Assembly (NCBI GenBank): GCA_963771175.1
Contig: CAVYSY010000044.1
Location: 32,001-96,000 of the forward strand
Direction: 5' to 3'
From: an uncultured delta proteobacterium
Lineage (GTDB): Bacteria; Myxococcota; Myxococcia; Myxococcales; Myxococcaceae
DNA: 64,000 nt
Shown here: in pieces, positions 7,314 to 18,132 of the stretch
How the letters are laid out: each line of letters begins with the position of its first letter
How positions within the stretch are numbered: the first letter of the stretch is position 1
Position numbers and translations under genes: made by a program
The notes under the pieces: generated by a model
Told to the model about the DNA's origin: nothing
Seen by the model: the letters and a program-made list of their open reading frames with translations, nothing else
Database searches by the model: none

Positions 7314-10300
7314 ATGCCCCTCCGACTCCTGACGTACGAAGCAGTCGACGAACTCTACGAAAGCCGACGCACGCAGATCTGGCGAGGGCATCGGCTGGCG
7401 AGCGGTGAGCCGGTCGTCCTGAAGGTCCTGAAGCCCGAGGCGGCCACCGACAGAGAGCACGCCCGGTTCAGGCACGAATTCCTGCTCACCGCCAGGGCCG
7501 AGCTCCCAGGGGTCATCAAGACGTTCAGCCTGGAGTCCTTCGACGGAAGCCTGCTGATGGTGCTGGAGGACATCGGCGGCGAGTCGCTCGAGCGCCTCTG
7601 CGCACGGACGCCGCTCTCCCTGCCGCGATTCCTGGAGCTGGCGATCGGGCTCGCCGACACCGTGGCACGGCTCCACCAGCGGCGAATCATCCACAAGGAC
7701 ATCAATCCGGCGAACATCGTCCTCGCCCCAGAGACCGGCGAGTATCGGCTGATCGATTTCGGCATCGCCGACGAGCTTCCCCAGCACGAGGTCGCCCCGC
7801 GCCCACCGGCCGCGCTGGAAGGGACGCTCGCCTACATCTCGCCCGAGCAGACGGGGCGGATGAACCGCGCGGTGGACTACCGCACTGATTTCTACTCACT
7901 GGGCGCGACCTTCTACCAGCTGCTGACGGGGCGGTTGCCGTTCGAGGTCGACGACGCCCTGGGACTGGTGCACTGCCACATCGCCGGAACACCGAGGGCG
8001 CCGCATCTGCTCGATCTCCGGATACCGCAGACGGTTTCCCGCATCGTGATGAAGCTGATGTCGAAGCGGGCAGAGGACCGCTACCAGAGCGGCTGGGGGC
8101 TGAAAGCGGACCTGGAGAGGTGCTGGCGGGGACTGCGCGAGGAGGGGGGCGTCCCGGACTTCGAGCCCGGCCTGGAGGACTTCGCCGACCGGCTCCAGCC
8201 GCCGCAGAAGCTCTACGGACGCGAAGAGGAGGTCGGCCGCCTGCTCGCCGCCTTCGAACGGGCGGGCGCGGGAGGACGCGAGCTGCTCCTCGTGGCCGGC
8301 TACGCCGGCGTGGGCAAGACCACGCTGGTGCGCGAAACGCACCGCCCGATCCTGGAGAAGCGAGGGAGCTACATCGAGGGCAAGTTCGATCAGCTCCAGC
8401 GCAATGTGCCCTATTCCGGCTGGATCCAGGCGTTCGAGGGGTTCGTGAACGACCGCTTGATGGAAAGCGAGTCGGAGTTGGCGCGCTGGAGGCGAGACCT
8501 CCTGAGCGCGGTGGGAAGCAGCGGCAAGGTCCTGACGGATGTGATTCGGAACCTGGAGCTGGTCATCGGAGCCCAGCCCGCCGTTCCCGAGCTGAGCGGC
8601 GCCGAGGCGCAGAACCGCTTCAACTACCTGTTCCTCGCGCTCGTCGGAGCCATGGCCACGAGGGAGCATCCGCTTGTCGTCTTCCTCGATGACCTGCAGT
8701 GGATTGATGAGGCCTCGCTCGGCCTGCTGCGGACCCTTCTGACCAGCAGCGGCATCTCGAGCGTCCTGGTCATCGGCGCCTATCGCGACAACGAAGTGAA
8801 CGCGCTGCACCCGCTGATGAGGACCGTCGAGGCCCTGCGCAAGGAGGAGGCGAGGTTCGAACTGCTGACTCTCGGGAACCTCTCGGAACAGACGGTCGAC
8901 GAGCTCGTCGCCGATACCCTGCGGGATGAACGCTCGCGCACCAGGCCGCTCGCCCGTCTCATCTACTCGAAGACGGGAGGCAACGCGTTCTTCACGCTCG
9001 AGATGCTCACGAGCCTGGCGGAGCGGCGGGCCATCTCCTTCGACGTCGAGAGCCGACGCTGGCAATGGGACATCTCCGTGCTCGAGCGCATGGAGATCAC
9101 CGACAACGTCGTCTCCCTGATGCTCGGGAAGCTCCAGAAGCTGGAGTCGAACACGCGCCGGGTGCTGACTCTCGCGGCGTGCATGGGTTTTCGATTCGAC
9201 GTGTCGAACCTGAGCACCATCGCCCGGCGCTCCGAGGACGACACACGGGAGAGCCTGGAGCCCGCGCTGCGCGAGGGCCTCGTCGTGCCCGCGGGGTCGG
9301 AGTTCCAGTTCGCGCACGACCGCGTGCAGCAGGCGGCCTATTCGCTCATCCCCGAGGCCGACGAGAAGAAGACGCACCTGGAGATCGGTCGGCTTCTGCT
9401 TCGGCGTCCCTCGGAGCGCGACCACGAGGAGCAGCTCTTCACCGTGGTCGATCATCTGAACGTCGGAGCCGGGCTGCTCGAGACGGACGCCATGAGGCTG
9501 GAGCTCGCCGGCCTGAACCTGCGGGCAGGGCGCAAGGCCAAGGCCTCCGCCGCGTTCGCCGCGGCCGCGAGGTACTTCGAGGCCGGGGTGGCGCTGCTGG
9601 GCGAGGAGACGTGGGCGACCGACTACCGACTGACGCTCGACCTGCACTCCCTGGCGGCGGAGGCCGCCACCCTCGTCGGCGATTTCCGGCGGACGGACCT
9701 CCACTTCGACGCCGTCGTCCGTCACGCCCGCAATCCAGCCGACATGGTCGCGGCGTACATGAGCAGGATGATGGCGTTTTCGGCGCAGGGCCGGCTTCCG
9801 GAGTTCATGGATTGCGCTCTGGACATTCTCGATCGGCTCGGCGTCCACGTGGAGCCGCACCCGACCGCCGAGGACATCCAGCGCGCGCTGGCGGAGGTCA
9901 GGTCAGCCTACGACCCGAAGGCCATCGGGGCTCTCATGAATCTTCCGAGCGCAACCGATCCCTTCGCGATGGCGGCCATGTCAGTCCTGGATATGGCGAC
10001 AGGCAGCGCCTACAGCGGCAGACCGGACCTGTACGTGTTGTTCGTGTGCCAGCAAGTCAAACGCACCATCGAATTCGGCATCACTCCCGAGTCGATGCGT
10101 TCCTTCGCATGCCTGGGATTGCTCCTTTGCGGACTGCCGGGCGGAGACGTGGACCAGGGCTACCAGTTCGGCATGCTGGCAATGGCGCTCGCCGAAAAGG
10201 CGCCGTCCTCCGTGAGCGCCCCCGGGGCCATGGGCCTTACGGCGGGAATGGGCTTGCACTACAAGCGGCACCTGCGGGATTCGCTCGAGCTGCTCGCCCC

Positions 10301-13300
10301 GCTCTATCCTCGTTTGAAGGAGAGAGGGGATTTCGAGTTAGCGAGCTACATTGGCTGTTGGTACTGCTCCAACGCGTTGCTCTCCGGCAAGGAGCTGGTC
10401 GAGCTCGAACGCGAGATGGCCGCGTACTACCGGGACATGAAGCACATCCGGTCTGAAGTGGGCATCCGCTGGTTCTCCGCGTTCTGGCAGGCGGCGCAGA
10501 ACCTCCTCGGACGTTCCGCCTGTCCGTGGGTCCTGGACGGCGAGGTCTACGACCGACGGGAGATGCTGCGCGTCATCGTGGAGACCGGAAACCTCTCCGC
10601 CCAGACGGCCCTGCACGTCAACACCCTCGTGCTCTGCTACCTGTTCGAGCGCTACGACGAGGCGCTCGCCGCCTCCACCCTGGCTGAGGAGAACAAGGCC
10701 GGGATGGTCGCCATGCCCATCGAGCCGGTCTGGGTTTTCTACGACTCCCTGACCCGGCTCGCGCTCTGTTCCCGGGCCTCCCCTTCCGAGAAGGAGCGCC
10801 ATTTCGAGAGAGTGGCCGCCAATCAAGCCTATCTGGAGCTGAGGGCCCATCACGCTCCGATGAACTTCCGGCACAAGTGGCACCTGGTGGAGGCGGAGCG
10901 GGCCCGGGTGCTCGACGACCAACGGGCAGCCATCGAGCACTACGGCCGCGCGGTCGCCCTGGCGCGGGACAACGGCTTCGTGCAGGAGGAGGCGCTGGCC
11001 GACGAGCTGGCCGCACGGTTCTGGGCGGGCGCGGGGCAGGCGGACTACGCGCGGCTACACCTGGAGCGGGCACACCGCGGCTACGGGCGGTGGCAGGCGT
11101 GGGCGAAGGTGAGCGCCCTCGAGGCCAGCCACCCCGAGCTCGCCGCGCGGCCGGCCTGGCCGCCGGGTGAGCCGGGCGCACTCGACCTCGAGACGGTGAT
11201 GAAGGCCGCGCACGCGATCTCTCGCGAAATCGAGCTGGACCGGCTGCTCGGCACCGTGATGCGGATCGTCATCGAGAACGCCGGGGCGCAGAGCGGAGTC
11301 CTGCTCCTGGAGCAGGACGGCGAATGGATGGTCGCGGCGAAGGGAGACATCGGCGCCCAGGAAGTGGAGAGGCCGCTGCCGGTGGGCCTGGACCAGAGCG
11401 ACCGGGTCTCGCCCGCCGTCGTGCGCTTCGTGGCCCGCACCCGGGAGCGGGTGGTGCTGGACGACGCGGCGAACGAGGGGAGGTTCCTCGGAGATCCGCA
11501 CATCCGACGGGCGAGGACCCGGTCGCTGCTCTGTGCGCCGCTGTCGAGCCGCGGCAAGCTCGTCGGCGTCCTGTACCTCGAGAACAACCTGGCGACGGGC
11601 GCGTTCACCCGGGACAGGGTCGAGCTCCTCGAGATGCTCCTCTCGCCGGCGGCGACCTCGCTGGAGAACGCCCGAATCTACGAGGCGCTGAGAGAGAGCG
11701 AGGCCAAGTACCGCCGCATGGTGGACACGGCCACCGAGGGCATCTGGGCGCTCGGGCCGGACGACACCACGACCTTCGTGAACGACATGATGGCCGGGAT
11801 GCTCGGCTATTCCAGCGAGGAGATGCTGGGCCGCCCGTTGAGCGATTTCATGTTCGAGGAGGACGTGCCCAACCATCTGGAGAGGATGAGGAATCGTCGC
11901 CGGGGACTCTCCGAGAAATTCGAGCGAAGGCTGCGCCGCCAGGATGGGCAGGCGGTGTGGCTCCTGACCTCCGCCACCCCCATCTTCGACGAAGCGGGTC
12001 ATTTCCTGGGCTCCTTCGCGATGTTGACCGACATCACCGAGCGCAAGCGCGCCGAGGATGAGCTGCGCGCCGAGCGCAGGATGTTCGTGGGCGGGCCGAC
12101 CGTGGTGTTCAAGTGGAAGGCCATGGAGAGCTGGCCGGTCGAGTACGTGTCGCCCAACGTCGCGAACCAGTTCGGCTACGTCCCGGAGGACCTCATCAGC
12201 GGCAAGGTCCAGTATTCCGCCATGGTGCACCCGGACGACCTCGCACGCGTGGTCGCCGAGGTCTCCGCGAACAGCGAGCAGGGTGCGTCTTCGTTCGAGC
12301 AGCTGTACCGCGTTGTCCGGAGCGACGGGGTCTATCGGTGGATCAACGACTTCACGACGATCGTCAGGGGGCGGGATGGCTCCATCACCCACTATCTCGG
12401 GTACATCGTGGACATCACCGAGCGCAAGCTGGCGGAGGAGGCGCAGCATCGCTTGAATCGCGAGCTGCGGGCCCTCAGCAGCTGCAACGAGGTGCTGCTG
12501 CGGGCGGTGGACGAGCAGGCCCTGCTCGACGACATCTGCCGCATCGTCTGCGACGAGGCCGGCTACCGCATGGCGTGGGTGGGCTATGCCGAAGACGACG
12601 ACGCCAGGACCATCCGCCCCGTCGCCTGGGCCGGGCTCGAGAGCGAGTCCGACGAGCACATCAGGCGCTCCTGGGCCGACGAGACCGAGCAGGGGCGAGG
12701 GCCGGCGGGCTCCGTCATCCGCAGCGGCCGGACGCTCCACATCCAGAATCTCACGGCCGTCCAGCAGACGGCCCCCTGGCGGGAAGACGCCTTGCGGCGG
12801 AGCCATCGCGCCCTCGTCGCCCTGCCGCTCAAGGACGAGAGCGGCAAGGGCTTCGGTGCCCTCTTGATCTACTCCTCGACGCTCCAGACCATCACGCCCG
12901 ACGAAATCCGGCTCCTCGAAGAACTGGCTGGGGATCTCGCGTTCGGCATCGGCGTCCTGCGCGCCCGTATCGAGCGTAAGCGGGCCGAGCGCGCCGTGGC
13001 CCTCATGAGCTTCGCCCTGAACAACGTCCACGAGGCGGCTTTTCTCATCGACGAGCACTCGCGCTTCCAATACGTCAACGAAGAATCGTGCCGCATCCTG
13101 GGGTATTCGCGCGACGAGCTGCTCGGCATGGGAGTGGCGGACGTCGACCCTGACTTCCCCGAGTCCCGGTGGCCCGGTCATTTCGAGCGGCTCCAGGCCG
13201 AGCGCGCCCTCACCTTCGAGGGCCGCCAAAAGGCGAGGGATGGCCACGTCTTCCCGGTGGAGATCAACGCCAACCACTTCGAATTCGACGGTCAGGGCTA

Positions 13301-14498
13301 CAACATGGCCCTCGTGCGCGACATCACCGAGCGCAAGCAATCCGAGAGGGAGCGGGAGCGCCTGCTGGAAGACGTGCAGCGAGAGCGGAGTCTGCTGGGA
13401 GTGGTCCTCGACACCGCCCCGGTCGGCATCACCGTCTATCTGGCGCCGGATGGCCGCCCGAGGTTCTTCAACAAGGCCGCCGAGAGAATCCTCGGCCGAC
13501 CCGTGGGACCGCCGGAGCTGAGCATCGCCGAGAGGGCCGGCTTCCACGACCTCAGCCTGCCCAGCGGCGAGCCGTTCCCGGCCGAAGAGCTGCCGCTCAC
13601 TCGCTCGTTGCGCGGGGAGATGCTCGCGGGCGTCGAGTTGCTCGTCCGCCAGCCCACGGGTCGCGAGGTAAGCATCTTGGAGTACTCGGCCCCCATCCGC
13701 GACGCCGAGGGACGCATCGAGGGCGCGGTGCTCGCCTTCCAGGACATCACCCCCATCCGGGAGCAGGAGCGGCTGCGCGAGGAGTTCATCGCCGCGGCCG
13801 CCCACGAGCTGAAGACCCCGGTCACCGTGATACGGGTCTACGCGGAGGCGCTGCGGCGCTGGGCTCCAGAGGGGCGCGAGGGGCGCGAGGCGCGTGCCAT
13901 CGAGGTGCTCAACGCGCAGACCCACCGCATTGATCGCCGGGTAAAGGAGATGTTGGAGGTGGTCCGGTCCCGCAACGCGCCGACGGTGCTGATGCGGAGC
14001 CGCTTCGACCTGGGCGAGCTCGCCGAGCACATGGTTGAGAGGATGCAGGCCCTCACGACGAGCCACCGGCTGTCCTTGCGTCGCCAGGGTGCGATTCCAG
14101 TCGAGGCCGACCGCGAGCGCATCCAAGAGGTGTTGGCGCGCCTGCTGGACAACGCGCTCGAGGTCTCACCGCGGGGCGGAGACATCGAGGTCCGGGTGTG
14201 GTCGCAGCACGGAGAAGCGCTGGTTTCGGTGCGCGACCAGGGAGTCGGCATACCGAAGGAACGACAGCCGCACGTCTTCGAACCCTTCTACGAGGCATTG
14301 CCCTCCGGTGCCCCGGGCTATCGCAACGTCGTGAGTCTGAGTCTGTACTTGAGCTGGCTCGCCATCAGTCAACACCAGGGGCGCATCTGGCTGGAGAGCG
14401 AAGAAGGGAAGGGCTCGACCTTCTCCTTCTCGCTGCCGTTGGCGAAGAGCGGCGAAGAGGAGCTCTCGGCACCGGCTGGAGAGCAACAGCAAAGCTGA
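7314..14498 (+). CDS. Hybrid Ser/Thr kinase - AAA ATPase - GAF - PAS - GAF - PAS - histidine kinase (~2,390 aa)
   Basis: HKDINPANI, DFG, GTLAYISPEQ; Walker A GYAGVGKT and LDDLQWID; GAF LYLENN; several PAS/PAC (DITERK); H-box HELKTP; DQGVGI. Confidence 0.92.
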   Translation: MPLRLLTYEAVDELYESRRTQIWRGHRLASGEPVVLKVLKPEAATDREHARFRHEFLLTARAELPGVIKTFSLESFDGSLLMVLEDIGGESLERLCARTPLSLPRFLELAIGLADTVARLHQRRIIHKDINPANIVLAPETGEYRLIDFGIADELPQHEVAPRPPAALEGTLAYISPEQTGRMNRAVDYRTDFYSLGATFYQLLTGRLPFEVDDALGLVHCHIAGTPRAPHLLDLRIPQTVSRIVMKLMSKRAEDRYQSGWGLKADLERCWRGLREEGGVPDFEPGLEDFADRLQPPQKLYGREEEVGRLLAAFERAGAGGRELLLVAGYAGVGKTTLVRETHRPILEKRGSYIEGKFDQLQRNVPYSGWIQAFEGFVNDRLMESESELARWRRDLLSAVGSSGKVLTDVIRNLELVIGAQPAVPELSGAEAQNRFNYLFLALVGAMATREHPLVVFLDDLQWIDEASLGLLRTLLTSSGISSVLVIGAYRDNEVNALHPLMRTVEALRKEEARFELLTLGNLSEQTVDELVADTLRDERSRTRPLARLIYSKTGGNAFFTLEMLTSLAERRAISFDVESRRWQWDISVLERMEITDNVVSLMLGKLQKLESNTRRVLTLAACMGFRFDVSNLSTIARRSEDDTRESLEPALREGLVVPAGSEFQFAHDRVQQAAYSLIPEADEKKTHLEIGRLLLRRPSERDHEEQLFTVVDHLNVGAGLLETDAMRLELAGLNLRAGRKAKASAAFAAAARYFEAGVALLGEETWATDYRLTLDLHSLAAEAATLVGDFRRTDLHFDAVVRHARNPADMVAAYMSRMMAFSAQGRLPEFMDCALDILDRLGVHVEPHPTAEDIQRALAEVRSAYDPKAIGALMNLPSATDPFAMAAMSVLDMATGSAYSGRPDLYVLFVCQQVKRTIEFGITPESMRSFACLGLLLCGLPGGDVDQGYQFGMLAMALAEKAPSSVSAPGAMGLTAGMGLHYKRHLRDSLELLAPLYPRLKERGDFELASYIGCWYCSNALLSGKELVELEREMAAYYRDMKHIRSEVGIRWFSAFWQAAQNLLGRSACPWVLDGEVYDRREMLRVIVETGNLSAQTALHVNTLVLCYLFERYDEALAASTLAEENKAGMVAMPIEPVWVFYDSLTRLALCSRASPSEKERHFERVAANQAYLELRAHHAPMNFRHKWHLVEAERARVLDDQRAAIEHYGRAVALARDNGFVQEEALADELAARFWAGAGQADYARLHLERAHRGYGRWQAWAKVSALEASHPELAARPAWPPGEPGALDLETVMKAAHAISREIELDRLLGTVMRIVIENAGAQSGVLLLEQDGEWMVAAKGDIGAQEVERPLPVGLDQSDRVSPAVVRFVARTRERVVLDDAANEGRFLGDPHIRRARTRSLLCAPLSSRGKLVGVLYLENNLATGAFTRDRVELLEMLLSPAATSLENARIYEALRESEAKYRRMVDTATEGIWALGPDDTTTFVNDMMAGMLGYSSEEMLGRPLSDFMFEEDVPNHLERMRNRRRGLSEKFERRLRRQDGQAVWLLTSATPIFDEAGHFLGSFAMLTDITERKRAEDELRAERRMFVGGPTVVFKWKAMESWPVEYVSPNVANQFGYVPEDLISGKVQYSAMVHPDDLARVVAEVSANSEQGASSFEQLYRVVRSDGVYRWINDFTTIVRGRDGSITHYLGYIVDITERKLAEEAQHRLNRELRALSSCNEVLLRAVDEQALLDDICRIVCDEAGYRMAWVGYAEDDDARTIRPVAWAGLESESDEHIRRSWADETEQGRGPAGSVIRSGRTLHIQNLTAVQQTAPWREDALRRSHRALVALPLKDESGKGFGALLIYSSTLQTITPDEIRLLEELAGDLAFGIGVLRARIERKRAERAVALMSFALNNVHEAAFLIDEHSRFQYVNEESCRILGYSRDELLGMGVADVDPDFPESRWPGHFERLQAERALTFEGRQKARDGHVFPVEINANHFEFDGQGYNMALVRDITERKQSERERERLLEDVQRERSLLGVVLDTAPVGITVYLAPDGRPRFFNKAAERILGRPVGPPELSIAERAGFHDLSLPSGEPFPAEELPLTRSLRGEMLAGVELLVRQPTGREVSILEYSAPIRDAEGRIEGAVLAFQDITPIREQERLREEFIAAAAHELKTPVTVIRVYAEALRRWAPEGREGREARAIEVLNAQTHRIDRRVKEMLEVVRSRNAPTVLMRSRFDLGELAEHMVERMQALTTSHRLSLRRQGAIPVEADRERIQEVLARLLDNALEVSPRGGDIEVRVWSQHGEALVSVRDQGVGIPKERQPHVFEPFYEALPSGAPGYRNVVSLSLYLSWLAISQHQGRIWLESEEGKGSTFSFSLPLAKSGEEELSAPAGEQQQS

Positions 14499-14504
14499 CG
14501 GGGC

Positions 14505-15287
14505 TCAGCGCGCGGTGAAGCCGCCGTCCACCACGAGCTCGCTGCCCGTCACGTAGCGCGAGGCGTCCGAGGCCAGGTAGAGGATGGCCTCGGCGATGTC
14601 CTCGGGCTCACCCATGCGGCCCAGCGGCGAGGCGGCCTCCAGCTTCTTCCAGGCCTCCTCCTCGCTGCCCACCTGCTGCACGAAGCCCTCCCACCAGTCC
14701 GCGTTCTGCCAGATGGGCGTGCGCACCCCGCCCGGGAACACCGCGTTGACCCGGATGCCCTCCGGTGCGCACTCCACCGCCACCGCCTTGGTGAGCATGC
14801 GCACCCCGCCCTTGCTCGCCGAATACGCGCTCGTCCCCGGGCTGCCCACCAGCCCCGCCACCGAGGACACGTTGATGATGGAGCCCCCGCGCGTCCCCAG
14901 CCGCATGGTGCGCACCGCGTGCTTGGTGCCCAGGAAGACGCTGTCCAGGTTCACCGCCATCTGCTCGCGCCACTCGGCCAGCGTCATCTCCGCCACCGAG
15001 CGCGACACCTCGATGCCCGCGTTGTTCACCAGCACGTCCAGCCGGCCAAAGGACTCGAGCACCCGGGAGATGACCTTCAGCCACACCGTCTCGTCCGTGA
15101 CGTCGTGCGTGACGAAGATGGCCTGACCACCGGCCGCGCGAATCTCCTGCGACACCTGCTCGCCCGCCGGCGAGATATCCGTGGCCACCACCTTCGCGCC
15201 CTCTCGGCCAAACAGCAGGGCCGTGGCTCGACCAATACCCGACGCCGCCCCCGTCACGAGGGCCACCTTGTCCTTCAATCGGCTCAT
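14505..15287 (-). CDS. SDR family oxidoreductase
   Basis: TGAASGIG, NNAG, YSASK, VDGG. Confidence 0.92.
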   Translation of the reverse strand: MSRLKDKVALVTGAASGIGRATALLFGREGAKVVATDISPAGEQVSQEIRAAGGQAIFVTHDVTDETVWLKVISRVLESFGRLDVLVNNAGIEVSRSVAEMTLAEWREQMAVNLDSVFLGTKHAVRTMRLGTRGGSIINVSSVAGLVGSPGTSAYSASKGGVRMLTKAVAVECAPEGIRVNAVFPGGVRTPIWQNADWWEGFVQQVGSEEEAWKKLEAASPLGRMGEPEDIAEAILYLASDASRYVTGSELVVDGGFTAR

Positions 15288-15422
15288 AGCGGCTGTGCAA
15301 CCTTCCCTATCCCTCGGGGGAGGGATTTCAGGGCAGGGGCACCTTACCTGACTTGCACGATTTTCCAGCCCCGTAATTGGGGACGGGTGCGGGAGACGCA
15401 CACCCGGAGTGAGGCCCGCGCG

Positions 15423-15980
15423 CTACCGGCCCCGGGAGCGTCCTCCGCCCCGGCTGGTGCCGCGCCGCTCGGGGCTCTGCCTCGCGCCTCCCCGCTGCGC
15501 GCCCTGTCCCTTCGTCTTACCGCGTGACGGGGTGGAGCGAGCCGTGCGGCCCGCCGCACTCCGGGGGGCCCGACGCTCGCCACTCGCCGCCGTGCTCTTC
15601 CGGGTCGCCCGGCGCGGAGCGGCCCGCTTCGCCGCGGCCTCGGCCAGCTTCTGGTGATGGCGCGACGGCCCCACCTTCTCACCCGTCTCCAGGTCCACCG
15701 TCTCGCGGGCGATGAGCTTGTTGAAGTTGCTCCGGTGGCCGTGCGCGTGCGCCGAGTACACGAGCGCCAGCTGGTTCTCCTCGAACTTCTTGAAGAACTC
15801 GTCCCAGGAGATGGGCTCCAGCGTCCCCCTCCCCGCATAGCCCGGGAAGTCGATCCGCAGGATGCCCGTCTGGTCGCCCTTCGCCGTCCCCATCACCATC
15901 GACGGACGGCCACAGCGCGCATCCGCCCACTCGCGAATCTCCTCATGGTCAATCGTCACCCGAGAGCTCTTCATCGTCAT
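15423..15980 (-). CDS. Conserved hypothetical protein with basic, histone-like C-terminal tail
   Basis: TIDHEEIREWA...GILRIDFPGY...ISWDEFFKKFEE domain followed by an R/K/A/S-rich tail. Confidence 0.75.
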   Translation of the reverse strand: MTMKSSRVTIDHEEIREWADARCGRPSMVMGTAKGDQTGILRIDFPGYAGRGTLEPISWDEFFKKFEENQLALVYSAHAHGHRSNFNKLIARETVDLETGEKVGPSRHHQKLAEAAAKRAAPRRATRKSTAASGERRAPRSAAGRTARSTPSRGKTKGQGAQRGGARQSPERRGTSRGGGRSRGR

Positions 15981-16139
15981 GGCGCACCCCCTGTGCATGA
16001 GCGCCGCGCCTGACAGCGGCCCTCCCAGCAAGGGTGCACCTCGTCGACTCCGGGGACTACCCGTGTCCCCTCGGTGCAACCTCCCTGGGGCCTCGCGTGG
16101 CGGGTGTTGCCTCGGAGCCCGAGCGGACGGGCGGGGCCC

Positions 16140-16775
16140 TCACTTCCCGGTGGAAGAGGGGAGGGCGGCTCCGTGGCGGGCCAGGTCCTCCGGCGTGTTC
16201 ACGCTCACCACCGAGCGCAGCTCCGCGTCCACCGCGCGCAGGGCGTCCTCGGGCAGCAGCTTCGCCCGACAGCGGGACAGCAGGCTCCTCAGCGAGGGCT
16301 CCTCCCCCCTCAGTGCCTCGCCCCAGGGGCCGGACAGCGTCTTCCGGTAGAGTGCCAGCAGCGGCTCCACCCGGCCCCCCACCGTGAAGCACACCGCGTC
16401 CACCTCCGGGCCTCGCGCCTCCAGCAGCGTCCGCACCGCGGCCCCGGTCACGAAGGGCATGTCGCACGCCACCGCCAGCACCCACTCCGTCCGCGCTCCC
16501 TCCAGCGCCGCGTGCACCCCGCCCGGCGCCCCCCTCCCGCGCACCACGTCCTCCACCGCTCGCAGGTGGAAGCGCACATAGGGCGCCGGGTCGTTCGCCA
16601 CCAGCAGCACGTCCCCGAAGAGGCGCCCCAGCTCCAACAGCCGCTCCAGCACCGGCCTCCCCTCCACCTCCAGCAGGCCCTTCGCCACCCCGCCCAGCCG
16701 CTCGCCCCGGCCGCCCGCGATGACCGCCAGCGTCACCTCCGGGTACTCTGGCCCGCTCCGTCTCCTTTCACTCAC
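16140..16775 (-). CDS. mobA: Molybdenum cofactor guanylyltransferase
   Basis: IAGGRGERLGG-K, VACDMPF, EPLLALY, SVNTPEDL; GTG start inferred. Confidence 0.9.
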   Translation of the reverse strand: MSERRRSGPEYPEVTLAVIAGGRGERLGGVAKGLLEVEGRPVLERLLELGRLFGDVLLVANDPAPYVRFHLRAVEDVVRGRGAPGGVHAALEGARTEWVLAVACDMPFVTGAAVRTLLEARGPEVDAVCFTVGGRVEPLLALYRKTLSGPWGEALRGEEPSLRSLLSRCRAKLLPEDALRAVDAELRSVVSVNTPEDLARHGAALPSSTGK

Positions 16776-16895
16776 GCCGTGCCTCCTCGCGCCTCGCGCC
16801 TCCCCGTGCTCCGTCCGCTGGTGGAGGCTACCTTCTCCCCGGGCCCCCACCCGCCTTCCCCTTGGGCTAAAGCTCGCCGCACGACGCCCCCCACC

Positions 16896-18132
16896 ATGCT
16901 CACCCCGCTCGCCACCGCCCGGAAGGTCGCCCTCGACGCGCTCCGCCCCGCTCCCCCCGAGCCCGTCCCCCTCCTGGAGGCCCTCGGCCGCTTCCTCGCC
17001 CGGGACGTCGTCGCCGCGCGCTCCCTCCCCGGCTGCCCCGTCTCCGCCATGGATGGGTATGCCGTCCTCGCCGAGGAGACCGCCGGCGCCACCCGCGACC
17101 GCCCCACCCGCCTGCGCGTCGTCGACACCGTCTACGCCGGCCACCTGCCCGTGAGACCCCTCCGCCTCGGCGAGGCCTCGCGCATCTTCACCGGCGCTCC
17201 CCTCCCCGAGGGCGCCAACGCCGTCGTGCGCCAGGAGGCCACCGTCCCGGGGCAGGGCTTCGTCGACATCTGCGTCTCCGTCCCGCCCGACAAGGACATC
17301 CGCTCCGTCGGCGAGGACCTCCTCGCCGGCACGCCCCTGCTCCGCGCTGGACAGCGCCTCGAGGCCTCCGTCCTCGGCGTGCTCGCCTCCATGGGGGACA
17401 CCCGCGTCCTCGTGCGCCCTCCGCCCCGCGTCGCCGTGCTCGCCACCGGGGATGAGCTCGTGTCTCCCGGCGAGAGCGCCCTCCCCCACCAGGTGTACGA
17501 GAGCAACCTCGTCCTCGTCGCCGCCCTCGCCCGCGAGGCCGGTGCCCTGGTCGTCGCCCTGGAGCGCGCCCGGGATGAGGACGCGGAACTGCGCGCCGCG
17601 CTGATGCGGCTCCTCGACAGCGCGGACGTGCTCATCACCACCGGCGGCGCCTCCGTGGGCGAGAAGGACCGCGTCAAACGCGTGCTCGCCGAGCTGGGGG
17701 CCTCGTTCCTCGTGGACGGCGTCGCCCTCAAGCCCGGCAAGCCCGTCGCCGTGGCGCGGCTCGGCACCACCGCCGTCGTCGTGCTCCCCGGCACTCCCGG
17801 CGCCGCCACCGTCGCCTTCGACCAGCTCGCCCGGCCGCTCATCCTCCGATACCAGGGCGTCTCCGAGGAGCGCCAGCGCGTGCGCGTCCGCCTCGAAGAG
17901 GGGCGCCAAAAGCAGGCCGGCCTCACCTACCTCATCAGCGCCACCCTGGAGACGCGCGAGGACGGCTCAGCTCTGGGCCCGCATGCGCCAGCAGGGCGGC
18001 GGGCACATGCTGCAGAACATCGGCGCCGAGGGGTACGCCGTCCTCCCCCCGAGCCGCGCCGACTTCGCCCCCGGCGACGAGGTGGACTTCGAGCGCTTCG
18101 ACCGTCCCCGCTTCCTCCCCGTGGAGTCCTGA
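16896..18132 (+). CDS. moeA: Molybdopterin molybdotransferase (frameshift near 17970, probably a sequence error)
   Basis: SAMDGYAV, IFTGAPLP, ATGDEL, TTGGASVGEKD, KPGKP; the C-terminus LWARMRQQGGGH...LPVES* is in another frame and ends in a TGATG overlap with mobB. Confidence 0.88.

Noticed and set aside
11055..14126. 1,023-aa minus-strand ORF and similar long antisense ORFs (7896-9860, 19295-21133, 54507-56930)
   Set aside because: Shadows of real genes on the opposite strand caused by GC3 bias.
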